In this document: piece after piece, positions 9,719 through 19,301 of the stretch | Position numbering within the stretch: the stretch's first letter is position 1 | Layout of the letters: each line of letters opens with the position of its first letter | DNA from: Thermodesulfobacteriota bacterium | GTDB lineage: Bacteria > Desulfobacterota > Desulfobacteria > Desulfobacterales > SURF-7 | Length of the DNA stretch: 64,000 nt | Assembly: GCA_049320885.1 (NCBI GenBank) | Contig: JBMORA010000064.1 | Location: forward strand, 133,406-197,405 | Reading direction: 5' to 3' | Program-made: the position numbers and the translations under genes | Notes under the pieces: model-generated | Databases searched by the model: none | Told to the model about the DNA's origin: nothing | Seen by the model: only the letters and a program-made list of their open reading frames with translations

Positions 9719-11227
9719 ATGAATGCTTGGCACACGGAACGATATGACCTGTGCGTGATCGGTTGCGGACCCGGCGGTTTTGCAGCCGCCATGCGTGCTC
9801 TTGACTTCGGGAAATCCGTATGCATCCTCGAGGCGGGAGAAATCGGAGGCGCAGGTGTCCGATGGGGCGCGCTGGCGTCCAAAACCATGTGGGAGCTGTC
9901 AAAGGATTATGCCGTTGCCGCGAAAATGGACCGGGGGTATTGTACGACGGCCCTGCGGGTTGATTTTGAGTCCATGCGATCCACGGTTATTCAGGCAGTG
10001 GAAGAAAGACAATCCCAGATGCTGACCCAGCTTGACCGGTTTTCCCCCCATCGTTGGAAGGGGGGCGGCTCCTTGACATTGAAGCGAGGGCATGGACGCT
10101 TTTTGTCCCGGAAGATCCTGGGGGTCATTTCGGAGACAGGCCGGGAGGAAAGGGTTGCCGCCGATTTTTTTGTGATTGCAACCGGCTCCAGGCCTCGCCA
10201 GATCGATGGCATCCAGACGGATCAGGAACGCGTTCTCGATTCGGACGGAATCCTGAATCTGAAGACATTCCCCAAACGCTTGATGATCATCGGCGCCGGC
10301 ATCATCGGTTGTGAGTATGCGACGATTTTTGCGAATTTCGGTCAAACCGCCGTTTCCCTGGTCGATCACATGGACCGGGTGATTCCATATGAGGACGATG
10401 ACGTCAGTGATTTTGTGCGGACAAGCCTGACCCGGGACGGCGTCAGGATCCATCATTCCTCCAGGTTGCGGGAGGTCATCCGGCACGATTCGCATTTACA
10501 GGCAGTATTGGAATGCTCGGACGGCCGGAGGGAGCGGTTTGACACGGATGCGTTGCTGATCGCCATCGGCCGCCGGCCACAGGTCGAGCAGTTGGGGCTG
10601 GAACAGGCCGGGATTATAGAAAAAAAATCGAGCCATCTCTTAACCGATGTGAATTGCCGGTTGACCGATTCCATTTATGCGGTGGGCGATGTGAACCATC
10701 ATCCGGCGCTGATCAATATCGCGGAAGGGGAAGGGCGGCTGGCTGTCGAGCATATGTTCGGGAAAAATCCCCGGCCCCTCAACTATCGAAACATGTCGAC
10801 CGTCATGTTTTTTCATCCGGCCGTGGCTTCCGTGGGATTGAGTGAGCGGGCCTGCCGCAGACAGAATATCGCCTATCGTGCGGCTTATCATGACAATCAT
10901 CTGCTTTCACGCGCCATTGCCATGAGAACCGTGCGCGGATTTGCCAAGATCATCGTCAGTGACGACGCCAGGCAGACAATCCTGGGAATGCGGGCGGCGG
11001 GTCCGCAGGTTTCCAGCATGATCATGGCGGTTGCATTGCTGATGGATCAGAATATCGGCATTCGGGACATGCTGAAAACAGTCTATCCGCATCCGACCAT
11101 ATCCGAAGGAATTCAGGAATGTCTGCGACTGTTGTTGGGGGAGTCCGTTTACAAGCCCGAGGCGTTTCCGGAGTATCTGAAATTATGGTCCTGGCATCCC
11201 GGGGAACCGGCATCAGCATCCCCATGA
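9719..11227 (+). CDS. Pyridine nucleotide-disulfide oxidoreductase family flavoprotein (Lpd/SthA-like) lacking the redox cysteines
   Basis: FAD motif VIGCGPGG, ATGS, NAD motif IIGAGIIGCE, YAVGD and C-terminal HPTISE; start placed at ATG 9719. Confidence 0.85.
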   Translation: MNAWHTERYDLCVIGCGPGGFAAAMRALDFGKSVCILEAGEIGGAGVRWGALASKTMWELSKDYAVAAKMDRGYCTTALRVDFESMRSTVIQAVEERQSQMLTQLDRFSPHRWKGGGSLTLKRGHGRFLSRKILGVISETGREERVAADFFVIATGSRPRQIDGIQTDQERVLDSDGILNLKTFPKRLMIIGAGIIGCEYATIFANFGQTAVSLVDHMDRVIPYEDDDVSDFVRTSLTRDGVRIHHSSRLREVIRHDSHLQAVLECSDGRRERFDTDALLIAIGRRPQVEQLGLEQAGIIEKKSSHLLTDVNCRLTDSIYAVGDVNHHPALINIAEGEGRLAVEHMFGKNPRPLNYRNMSTVMFFHPAVASVGLSERACRRQNIAYRAAYHDNHLLSRAIAMRTVRGFAKIIVSDDARQTILGMRAAGPQVSSMIMAVALLMDQNIGIRDMLKTVYPHPTISEGIQECLRLLLGESVYKPEAFPEYLKLWSWHPGEPASASP

Positions 11228-11240
11228 GCAATCCAATGTG

Positions 11241-11798
11241 TCACCAAAAAAAATGCAACAGCCAATCCAGGGTTTGGCGGGTTCGATATTTCAAGCCAAG
11301 ATAAGACCATTGGTCCGGGAAGGCCAGGGGAGCGAATTCCACCTCCAAGTCGAAACGATAAACACCGTTCTCAAATTGTTTGTCCACAATCCGGAAAGGA
11401 TATCGGACAACGCCTTCATAATTCATCCGAACCCGGTCATCGGCAAGCGCATTGTATAAGGTTCCGCTTGCGGAAACGGACTTCAGACCCCGGGCCCACA
11501 GGATCCGCGCAACGGCATCGTGTCCGGCGGCGGCGGTGATATCCTGGCCGGCCCCCGGAGCCGCAACGCCGACTGCCCGGATGCGTTGGAAGCCTTCCAT
11601 GCGGTATTCCGTTTCCGTCGGCTGCAATTCCAATTGCGATTCAACGATCATGCCGTTCCGGGATACCATGCTGAATCGTCCGAAATATAAAGACGTCTGG
11701 TCGGCTTCCGCCAGGGTGAGGGTCGGAATCACGGCGCGAATGGAAATCAGCAGCAACAATTCCGCCAGAATATGTGTAGTGAATGAGCGCATTTCCAT
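11241..11798 (-). CDS. Hypothetical exported protein
   Basis: 185-aa ORF with a hydrophobic N-terminus, preceded by a consensus sigma54 promoter; family not recognised. Confidence 0.7.
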   Translation of the reverse strand: MEMRSFTTHILAELLLLISIRAVIPTLTLAEADQTSLYFGRFSMVSRNGMIVESQLELQPTETEYRMEGFQRIRAVGVAAPGAGQDITAAAGHDAVARILWARGLKSVSASGTLYNALADDRVRMNYEGVVRYPFRIVDKQFENGVYRFDLEVEFAPLAFPDQWSYLGLKYRTRQTLDWLLHFFW

Positions 11799-11842
11799 GG
11801 GATGTAGATCGGTTCTGTTTCATCGGCCAATGCCCATGGAAC

Positions 11843-11858
11843 AGCAATGATTGTGCCA
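11843..11858 (-). promoter_or_regulatory. Sigma54 (-24/-12) promoter
   Basis: Minus strand TGGCAC-AATCA-TTGCT, an exact consensus, about 45 nt upstream of the 11798 start. Confidence 0.8.
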
Positions 11859-11960
11859 GCCAATTTAATCATATAAATCCAGATTGTTATTGTCGAGAGA
11901 CACCAAAAATGGGAAAAAAATGCCGGAAAAAGCTGCCGCTGGGGAAGGTGGGCTGAAGAA

Positions 11961-11988
11961 TAAAGATTTACCGCCTTGTTGCCGATCA
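11961..11988 (+). promoter_or_regulatory. Putative sigma28 (FliA) promoter
   Basis: TAAAGATT-12 nt-GCCGATCA, versus consensus TAAAGTTT-N11-GCCGATAA, upstream of the lipoprotein gene. Confidence 0.6.
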
Positions 11989-12031
11989 AGTGATAGGACC
12001 GTCCCCAATCAGGCTTAACAGGAGAATGGAT

Positions 12032-12529
12032 ATGAACCAGTATCGGCATGCCGGGAGAATATGGAAATTGTCAGGAATCATGGTGGCCATTTTGGCAGCG
12101 GCTTTCATCGGATGTATCGGCAGGAATCAGGTGTTGAAATATGAAAGCACCGTCAATCGTTCGGAAAATATTGTTCCCGGTATAGAACCCGAGGAGTCGG
12201 ACCGGAAAATTCTCATTCTGGTGAGGGGCAAGGGGATCGAGCCGGAGAAGGGAACCCCCATGCAGAAAAAATTTCTTGCCGAGCGCGCAGCGGTTCTGGA
12301 TGGGTACCGTAAACTGGCGGAGCGCCTTGGAGGGCTTGTTTTGAACGCCCAAACCTATGGCGGGAGTAATGCCCTTTCCATGGATGAAGTGATGGTGGAA
12401 ACCCGGGCTTTCATGCGCGGTGCCCAGATCGGCGCCGTGACCTATCACGAGGGTTTTGCCACGGTTGATGTCAAGGTTTATATCACTCCCCGGCAGGCCA
12501 TGTTTTTTGATCAGAAAAAATATTTATAG
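12032..12529 (+). CDS. LPP20/FlgP-like lipoprotein
   Basis: AGGAG RBS, lipobox-like AAFIGC, and VRGKG...QKKFLAERAAVLDGYRKLAERLGG...FMRGA pattern of the LPP20 family. Confidence 0.8.
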   Translation: MNQYRHAGRIWKLSGIMVAILAAAFIGCIGRNQVLKYESTVNRSENIVPGIEPEESDRKILILVRGKGIEPEKGTPMQKKFLAERAAVLDGYRKLAERLGGLVLNAQTYGGSNALSMDEVMVETRAFMRGAQIGAVTYHEGFATVDVKVYITPRQAMFFDQKKYL

Positions 12530-12560
12530 GGTAATTTCCATCAGGGTTCAACCGGGAATG

Positions 12561-12597
12561 AAAAAAGGCCTCGATCCATCAGGATCGAGGCCTTTTT
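12561..12597. terminator. Bidirectional rho-independent terminator
   Basis: AAAAAAGGCCTCGATCC-ATCA-GGATCGAGGCCTTTTT between the convergent lipoprotein gene and tRNA-Leu. Confidence 0.9.
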
Positions 12598-12604
12598 GAT
12601 TCGT

Positions 12605-12690
12605 TGGTGCCGAAGCCGGGACTTGAACCCGGACGGATTGCTCCACTACCCCCTCAAGATAGCGTGTCTACCAAATTCCACCACTTCGGC
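12605..12690 (-). tRNA. tRNA-Leu(GAG)
   Basis: Minus strand GCCGAAG...GGTAGACACGCTATCTT-GAG-GGGGTAG, long variable arm, GGTTCAAGTCC, CTTCGGCACCA; downstream of secG as in many bacteria. Confidence 0.96.
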
Positions 12691-12712
12691 ATGTCGGCAG
12701 AGATCCTGCAGA

Positions 12713-13084
12713 TTATTCCGTTTTTTCCGGCGCTGTTTCGGCAGCGGGAGCCGGCAAAGGCTCTGCCGCCGGCTGCGGCATATCAGCGGTTTCCGGTTTC
12801 GCGGCGGACTCTTCAATCGGCACCTTTGTTTCCTTCATGATGGATGAGGGCGTCCGATTGGTGGAGATGTAGGCCAGCATCAGACATGTGGCCATAAAGA
12901 CTACGGCGACAACCGTGGTGGCCTTGTTTAAGAAGGTCATGGCCCCGGAAGCTCCGAAAAGGGTCTGGCTGCCGGAACCACCGAAGGACGCACCCATGTC
13001 GGCCCCCTTGCCGGTCTGAAGCAGAACAATCAGAATCAATGCCAGGCATACGAAAACATGAACGATGACAATTAACACAGTCAT
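12713..13084 (-). CDS. secG: Preprotein translocase subunit SecG
   Basis: VLLQTGKGADMGASFGGSGSQTLFG with two hydrophobic segments. Confidence 0.96.
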   Translation of the reverse strand: MTVLIVIVHVFVCLALILIVLLQTGKGADMGASFGGSGSQTLFGASGAMTFLNKATTVVAVVFMATCLMLAYISTNRTPSSIMKETKVPIEESAAKPETADMPQPAAEPLPAPAAETAPEKTE

Positions 13085-13102
13085 GATGGTTTACACTTTT
13101 TT

Positions 13103-13864
13103 TTAGTAATGAACAATTTTGCTGAAAACATCCGGATCCAGGCTGGCGCCACCCACCAATCCGCCGTCGATGTCCGGCATGCCCATCAGATCGGCGATAT
13201 TGTCCGGCTTGACGCTTCCACCATAAAGGATCCGGACGGTTGATGCCAGTTCCGGCCCAAAATCCTTTTCGATCAAGGAACGTATAAAACAATGAGCTTC
13301 CTGAGCCTGATCCTTGGAGGCTGTCCTGCCTGTTCCGATGGCCCAGACCGGCTCATATGCGATCAGCAACGATCCCAGATCATCCAAAGAAAACCCTTCT
13401 AACCCCTTTCGCACCTGTTTGTCAAGTACGGAAAATGTTGAACCCGTATCCCTTTCCTTTTCCGTTTCACCGATGCAAAATATCGGAATCAGACTGGTTT
13501 TGACTGCGGCCCGAATTTTGTTGTTGACGGATTCATCGGTTTCACCAAAATACTGCCTTCTTTCGGAATGGCCGATAATGACGTGGGTGCAACCTGCTGA
13601 AATCAGCATTTTCCCTGATATTTCGCCCGTGAAGGCCCCTTCTTCCCGCCAATGGAGATTTTGGGCGCCCAGACGGATGCGGCTGCCTTTGAGTTGTTCC
13701 GATACGGCGGCGAGGGCAGTATAGGTCGGTGCGATCATCACCTCGCGATCCGTGACATCACGGACCAGGCGGGCCAGTTTGGCTGCCGCTTCCGTTGCTT
13801 CCTGGCAGGTTTTATACATTTTCCAATTACCGGCGATGAATGGTATTCGACTTTTCATGGGCAT
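13103..13864 (-). CDS. tpiA: Triosephosphate isomerase
   Basis: AGNWKM, GHSERR, AYEPVWAIGTG and YGGSV motifs. Confidence 0.98.
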   Translation of the reverse strand: MPMKSRIPFIAGNWKMYKTCQEATEAAAKLARLVRDVTDREVMIAPTYTALAAVSEQLKGSRIRLGAQNLHWREEGAFTGEISGKMLISAGCTHVIIGHSERRQYFGETDESVNNKIRAAVKTSLIPIFCIGETEKERDTGSTFSVLDKQVRKGLEGFSLDDLGSLLIAYEPVWAIGTGRTASKDQAQEAHCFIRSLIEKDFGPELASTVRILYGGSVKPDNIADLMGMPDIDGGLVGGASLDPDVFSKIVHY

Positions 13865-13877
13865 AAGTTCCTTATTT

Positions 13878-14882
13878 TTATAACTGGCTGCCGATCATGG
13901 CCGCCAGATCCACCATCCGGGTGGAATAACCGGCTTCGTTGTCATACCAGGATAGAACCTTGACCATGTTATCGATCACATACGTGATTGGCCCGTCCAC
14001 AATGGAAGACAGGGGGCAACCATTGAAATCCGACGACACCAAGGGCAACTCGCTGAATCCGAGAATGCCGGAAAGAGAGGTCATAGCGGCTTCTTTCAAG
14101 GCGCCGTTGATGTCGGATACGGTCAACCCGTTTTTGCCTACAGTGGCCACCAGATCGACGATGGAGACATTGGGTGTCGGCACCCGGATCGCCAGGCCGT
14201 TCAATTTGCCTTTCAGTTCCGGCAGCACCAGGGCAACGGCTTTGGCGGCGCCGGTGGTCGTCGGGATCATGGACAAGGAAGCGGCTCTAGCCCTGCGAAG
14301 GTCTTTATGGGGGAAATCAAGCAGGCGCTGATCTCCGGTATAGGAATGGATTGTGGTCATCAATCCTTTTTCAAGACCGAAATTTTCCAGCAGCACTTTG
14401 GCAACCGGTGCCAGACAGTTGGTTGTGCAGGAAGCGTTGGAAATGATGTTGTGGGCTTTGGGATTGTACTGATTCGAATTGACACCCATGACGATGGTGA
14501 TGTCCGGGTCGGAAGCCGGAGCGGAAATGATTACCTTGCGGGCTCCAGCGGCGAGGTGCTTGGACGCCTGTTCCCGGCTGCTGAAAATACCAGTGCACTC
14601 GGCGGCTATATCCACACCGAATTCACTCCATTTGAGACTGGCGGGATCCTTGATGGAGGTGACGGCGATGGAGCGGCCATCCACCTCAATGGTATCTTCC
14701 TTGGCAACGACGGTGTTTTCGATTTTCCCGTGCACGGAGTCGTATGCCAGAAGGTGAGCCATGGTTGCCGGATCAGTCAGGTCATTGATGGCCACCACTT
14801 CAACTTTCGGATTTTTTAATGCCGCCCGGAAAACGAGCCTCCCGATTCTTCCAAAACCGTTGATTCCGATTTTAACGCTCAT
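13878..14882 (-). CDS. gap: Type I glyceraldehyde-3-phosphate dehydrogenase
   Basis: GINGFGRIGR, NASCTTNCLAP and WYDNE motifs. Confidence 0.98.
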   Translation of the reverse strand: MSVKIGINGFGRIGRLVFRAALKNPKVEVVAINDLTDPATMAHLLAYDSVHGKIENTVVAKEDTIEVDGRSIAVTSIKDPASLKWSEFGVDIAAECTGIFSSREQASKHLAAGARKVIISAPASDPDITIVMGVNSNQYNPKAHNIISNASCTTNCLAPVAKVLLENFGLEKGLMTTIHSYTGDQRLLDFPHKDLRRARAASLSMIPTTTGAAKAVALVLPELKGKLNGLAIRVPTPNVSIVDLVATVGKNGLTVSDINGALKEAAMTSLSGILGFSELPLVSSDFNGCPLSSIVDGPITYVIDNMVKVLSWYDNEAGYSTRMVDLAAMIGSQL

Positions 14883-15360
14883 TGTGTTCCTCCTTCAGGT
14901 TTTTTATCATCATGAGAGCATCCTCATGTGTATCGGAATAATAATTGGGGCGCCTCCCGATCAGCCGAAACCCCAGCCGTTGATAAAGATGGATGGCCGG
15001 GGAATTGGAGGCGCGAACCTCCAGAAACGCATTCTCAGCGCCTTCCGCCACCGCCCTGATCAGGCACTGATGTAACAGATAAGTAGCGGCTCCTCGGCGT
15101 TGCCAGCCTTCGGCCACACCCAGCCGCAACAATTGAATCTCTTCCACCATCAGGCGCAACGCGGCGTATGCGATGAGCGGTTGCCCGTCGGTGTCGTGCC
15201 GACAACACCGCATGATATAGGAACGGGCGGTTTCACAAACCAACTCATGTTCATAGGATTGCCGCAACCACGGACTGGGGAACAAGCGTTGTTCGATGGC
15301 GACAACCTCATCGATATCATTTGCGGTCATGGGAGCCAAAATCCAGGCCGGCAATGTCAA
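14872..15360 (-). CDS. rimI: Ribosomal-protein-alanine N-acetyltransferase (GNAT)
   Basis: IEQRLFPSPW, QRRG.A and FLEVRASN..AIHLYQRLGF..IGRRPNYY...EDA motifs. Confidence 0.9.
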   Translation of the reverse strand: MTLPAWILAPMTANDIDEVVAIEQRLFPSPWLRQSYEHELVCETARSYIMRCCRHDTDGQPLIAYAALRLMVEEIQLLRLGVAEGWQRRGAATYLLHQCLIRAVAEGAENAFLEVRASNSPAIHLYQRLGFRLIGRRPNYYSDTHEDALMMIKNLKEEHNER

Positions 15361-15770
15361 CTCCGTTTGTTTCCCCTTAAAATGCTGCTGGCGAGGGAAA
15401 TGCTTTTTTTACCGGTTTCCTCCAACGTTTTTGCGAGCGCGGATAAGTCTTGTTCGCCCCGCGAATTGATCGCTTTTAATAATATCGGCAAGTTGACTCC
15501 TGACAAGACTTCGATGCGGCCTTCCTCGAGAAAGGAATAACTCAGGTTAGAGGGGGTGCCGCCAAACATGTCCGTCAGAATGACCACCCCCCTGTGCCCA
15601 TCCACCTGTTTAATGCCTTTGGCTATCTTATCGTGCAATTTATCGGCATTTTCATTCAGGTCGATGGACAGGGGCAGGACTGCTTCCGGTCTACTTCCCA
15701 GAACGAATGCCGCTGCTTCGATAAGGGCCTCACCAAGTTGGCTATGGGTAACCACCAGAATTCCAATCAT
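15357..15770 (-). CDS. PTS IIA component, mannose/fructose family
   Basis: IGILVVTH (phospho-His), LTDMFGGTPSN and GVNLPIL motifs. Confidence 0.93.
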   Translation of the reverse strand: MIGILVVTHSQLGEALIEAAAFVLGSRPEAVLPLSIDLNENADKLHDKIAKGIKQVDGHRGVVILTDMFGGTPSNLSYSFLEEGRIEVLSGVNLPILLKAINSRGEQDLSALAKTLEETGKKSISLASSILRGNKRS

Positions 15771-15843
15771 AATATCCTCAGGTTTCTACGGCCGGGGAGC
15801 AGAAATCCGGCGAAGATATCTTTTATTGGTTTTACCAACAAAT

Positions 15844-16707
15844 TTAATTGTCAATATCACGGTGGATCAGTTCCACCTGTTTGCCTAGATCGCGAAGATG
15901 CTCGTGGACGATTTTTGCAATGGCAACACTGCGATGCCTTCCACCGGTGCATCCAAAGGCGATGGTCAAATATGCTTTGCCTTCCTTTTCATACAATGGA
16001 ATCAAATAGTCAAGCAAATCCAAATATTTTTTTAAAAATAAGCGGGTTTCCTCCCGGCAAAGAACAAAGTTCTTGACTGCATCGGTTTCTCCATCGAGCG
16101 GTTTTAATTCCGGCGTGAAATATGGATTGGCCAGAAAGCGGACATCGATTATTAAATCAAAATGTTGAGGAGTTCCATATTTGAAGCCGAAGGACATGAC
16201 CTGGATGCGCATGCTCGTTCCGTGCGTTTTTTCACGAGCAAACTTGAGAATCGCTGATTTCAATTCATGGACATTGTTCTTGGAAGTATCGATGATCGTT
16301 CCGGCAATCCGGCGCAAGTCTTCCAGTTGGCGTTTTTCCGTTCGGATGGCATCCAGGATTCCTTTACTGGGGGCGAGTGGATGTTGTCGTCTGGTTTGAC
16401 TGTAGCGCCGCATCAGAACATCCTCGTCGGCTTCCAAAAACAGGATATCCAGACGGTATCCTTTCTCTGAAAGTTTCGAGAAAATATCCGGATATTTGGA
16501 GATGAAATCTTTTTCTCGAAGGTCCATGCCGAAAACGAGGCCGGCAATATCCGAGGACTGGTCAAAGGGGAGTTCTAAAAATTTGGGGAGCAGGGCCACG
16601 GGCATGTTATCAACGCAATAAAAACCCGCATCTTCAAATGCCGCTATTGCCGTGCTTTTTCCGGACCCTGAAAGGCCTGTGATGATAATGATTCCGGTAT
16701 GATTCAC
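15844..16707 (-). CDS. rapZ: RNase adapter RapZ/YvcJ
   Basis: ITGLSGSGKS, CVDNMP, SFGFKYG, DVRFLANP and GCTGGRHRSV motifs; start probably GTG 16707 (ORF extends to 16770). Confidence 0.95.
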   Translation of the reverse strand: MNHTGIIIITGLSGSGKSTAIAAFEDAGFYCVDNMPVALLPKFLELPFDQSSDIAGLVFGMDLREKDFISKYPDIFSKLSEKGYRLDILFLEADEDVLMRRYSQTRRQHPLAPSKGILDAIRTEKRQLEDLRRIAGTIIDTSKNNVHELKSAILKFAREKTHGTSMRIQVMSFGFKYGTPQHFDLIIDVRFLANPYFTPELKPLDGETDAVKNFVLCREETRLFLKKYLDLLDYLIPLYEKEGKAYLTIAFGCTGGRHRSVAIAKIVHEHLRDLGKQVELIHRDIDN

Positions 16708-16770
16708 AAAAGACCTGCCGCGAGATTCCGTTATTTCCCATTCCCGTGAGGGATGCTGATGATGCTGCAT

Positions 16771-16813
16771 AAAAGACGGCCGCTCCCACGGTTACGGGAG
16801 CGGCTTGCCGTCT
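16771..16813 (-). terminator. Intergenic hairpin between ptsN and rapZ (weak terminator or processing site)
   Basis: Plus-strand AGACGGC-CGCTCCC...GGGAGCG-GCTT-GCCGTCT inverted repeat, followed by TTTT on the minus strand. Confidence 0.5.
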
Positions 16814-16830
16814 GTTTATGCTTCAATGAA

Positions 16831-17289
16831 TTAAAATTCCTCGTCATCTTCCCTGATAACGCTGATTACCTCTTCCTTTCCGGCTGCATTCATCAGCCGT
16901 TCCTTGATGGCGTCGTTCTTCAGCAACCGGGAAATCCGGGCAAGCAATTTCAGATGCAGACCGGTTGAGTTTTCAGGTGTGAAAAGCAGAAAGAAAAGAT
17001 GGGTCGGCCGACCGTCCATGGATTCGAAGTTGGCCCCTTTGCGACTTAAACCAAAGCCCAGGATCAATTCCTCCAGGTTTTTCAATTTGCCGTGGGGGAT
17101 ACCGATGCCGCCATCAATACCGGTGCTGCCCAGACGTTCTCTTTCCATGAGAACCCGGACGAGGGTCTGGTGGTCTATCCCGGTGATGTCGACCACAGGA
17201 GTCGCCAGCTCTTCCAGCACCCCTTTTTTATCCGTGGCTTTCAGATCCGTCAGTATTGCTTCGTTATGGAGCACATCAAGGATTTTCAT
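16831..17289 (-). CDS. ptsN: PTS IIA nitrogen-regulatory protein
   Basis: RERLGSTGI..GIGIPHGK and HLKLLARISRLL motifs; rpoN operon context. Confidence 0.92.
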   Translation of the reverse strand: MKILDVLHNEAILTDLKATDKKGVLEELATPVVDITGIDHQTLVRVLMERERLGSTGIDGGIGIPHGKLKNLEELILGFGLSRKGANFESMDGRPTHLFFLLFTPENSTGLHLKLLARISRLLKNDAIKERLMNAAGKEEVISVIREDDEEF

Positions 17290-17303
17290 GTATTACAACC
17301 TCA

Positions 17304-17849
17304 TCAGCTGCCGCTCGGCTGAATCAAGCCGAAGTCCCCGTCCTTGCGACGATACAGAACGTTGACTCTCTCCGTCTGGGAATTGGTAAATACAAAGAAT
17401 TGGTCATCTATCAGATTCAGCTGCATGACAGCTTCCTCGATATCCATTGGCTTATACTCGATATTTTGTATCCGAACCCTTGGTGATTCTTTATCAACCG
17501 GATAGGCCATGCTGTCGAAAGCCATCCCTTTGGTTTTTCCTTTTGATTTTTTGGCGTCGGCCCTGCCTTTACGAATCTTCTGCTTGTTTTTCTTGAGTTG
17601 GGCCTCGAGTTTGTCAATCACCATGTCGATGGAGGAATACATATCATTGGTTTCTTCCTTCCCGTTGATATTCAAGCGATCACCAACCAGATTGACTTCG
17701 GCGATATGCCGGAATTTTTCCACGGACAGCACCACGCTGGCCTCCGCCGGATTGTCCAGCAGTTTGTCAAAACGGTCCAGTTTGTCTTGAATGAAGGATC
17801 GGAGATGATCGGAGGGGTCTATGTTTTTGAAGGTCACGGATGTTTGCAT
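17304..17849 (-). CDS. hpf: Ribosome hibernation promoting factor (long HPF)
   Basis: DMYSSID...KLE.QL.K and C-terminal KPMDIEEAVMQL...FFVF.N...NVLYRRKDGDFGLI. Confidence 0.94.
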   Translation of the reverse strand: MQTSVTFKNIDPSDHLRSFIQDKLDRFDKLLDNPAEASVVLSVEKFRHIAEVNLVGDRLNINGKEETNDMYSSIDMVIDKLEAQLKKNKQKIRKGRADAKKSKGKTKGMAFDSMAYPVDKESPRVRIQNIEYKPMDIEEAVMQLNLIDDQFFVFTNSQTERVNVLYRRKDGDFGLIQPSGS

Positions 17850-17863
17850 AGTGAAGCACCTCC

Positions 17864-19300
17864 TTAAAATTGTTTGCGTTTATTGGACGATAACAAACCC
17901 AACATCTCCCTGTATTTGGCCACCGTTCGGCGAGCGATGTCGATGTTGGACTCTTTCAGCATACTGGCAATTTTGTCGTCACTGTATGGTTTTTTGGTGT
18001 CCTCGCTTTCAATGATTTTTCGTATTTTTTCCTGCACGCTGGTTGACGCCAGCGCCTCACCGTGAATGCGATTGATGGAACTGTTGAAAAAATATTTGAG
18101 TTCAAAGATACCTTGGGGAGTATAAGCGTATTTGTTGGTGGTTACGCGACTGATGGTGGATTCATGCATGCCGATATCCTGGGCTACATCCCGCAGTACC
18201 ATCGGCTTTAAATAAGCGATTCCCTTGTCGAAAAATCCTTTCTGGAAGCGCAGGATGCTTTCCATGACTTTGTAGATCGTTTTTTGACGTTGGTGAATAC
18301 TGCGGATCAACCATGCTGCCGAGCGCATTTTATCCTGCAAATAGTCCTTGGTGTCGCCGCTGATTTTTTCCCCCCTGTTTACGGCTTTTTTATAGTAAGG
18401 ATTGATACGCAACTTGGGCATTCCGTCATCATTCAGAACAATGACATAGTCCTCCTCGAATTTGTATACATAAATATCCGGGCTGATATATTGCGGTTCC
18501 TCCGTGGAATATGACCGGCCCGGTTTCGGCTCCAGCATTTTGATCACATTAACGGCGGCGATGACTTCCTTGATGGAGATTTTCAAGGCCCGGCAGATGG
18601 CTTTGTAGTTTTTATTCTCCAGGTTTTTAATATGGTGTTGAATGATGTCCGATACAATGGTGTCGGCCAGTCCCAGTTGAGCGGCCTGAATCAGAAGGCA
18701 TTCACTCAGGTTTCGGGCGCATACGCCGATGGGATCGAAGGTCTGCAGCTGGGTCAGCACTTTTTCCACTTGTTCAATGGGGCTGCCGCTCAGGGTGGCG
18801 ATTTCTTCCAGGGGTATCTCCAGATACCCGTCCTGATTGAGATTGCCGATAATCATGCTCCCAATGTATTCTTCCTCCTTGGTCGGCAGGGTCATTAACA
18901 ATTGCCACAACAGATGGTCATTGAGGGATTTTTTGCTGGAAATGAAGGTTTCATAAGCCGGAGCGTCTTTATGCTCGATTTCATAATGATTGCGACCAAG
19001 GGAATTGTATTCATCCAAATAATTGCTCCAGTCCACATCGGTCTGGATATTTTCGTCAATCCTGACTTCCTTGATCTGTTCTCCCGTATCCGGAGCGGGC
19101 ATTTCCGGTGCCGCGTCGGGGCTTTCATCGCCGATGGTTTCCTGCACTTCATCCAGAGCAGGATTGCTTTCAAGCTCCTGACTGACCATGTCCATCAATT
19201 CCAGTCTGGATAGCTGAAGCAGTTTGATCGCCATCTGCAGCTGGGGGGTCATGATCAGCTGTTGGGTGAGTTTCAGCTGTTGTCTGAGTTCAAAAGCCAT
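17864..19300 (-). CDS. rpoN: RNA polymerase sigma54 factor
   Basis: MTPQLQMAIKLLQLS, HESTISR and RpoN box ARRTVAKYRE; start ATG 19300. Confidence 0.98.
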   Translation of the reverse strand: MAFELRQQLKLTQQLIMTPQLQMAIKLLQLSRLELMDMVSQELESNPALDEVQETIGDESPDAAPEMPAPDTGEQIKEVRIDENIQTDVDWSNYLDEYNSLGRNHYEIEHKDAPAYETFISSKKSLNDHLLWQLLMTLPTKEEEYIGSMIIGNLNQDGYLEIPLEEIATLSGSPIEQVEKVLTQLQTFDPIGVCARNLSECLLIQAAQLGLADTIVSDIIQHHIKNLENKNYKAICRALKISIKEVIAAVNVIKMLEPKPGRSYSTEEPQYISPDIYVYKFEEDYVIVLNDDGMPKLRINPYYKKAVNRGEKISGDTKDYLQDKMRSAAWLIRSIHQRQKTIYKVMESILRFQKGFFDKGIAYLKPMVLRDVAQDIGMHESTISRVTTNKYAYTPQGIFELKYFFNSSINRIHGEALASTSVQEKIRKIIESEDTKKPYSDDKIASMLKESNIDIARRTVAKYREMLGLLSSNKRKQF

Positions 19301-19301
19301 T

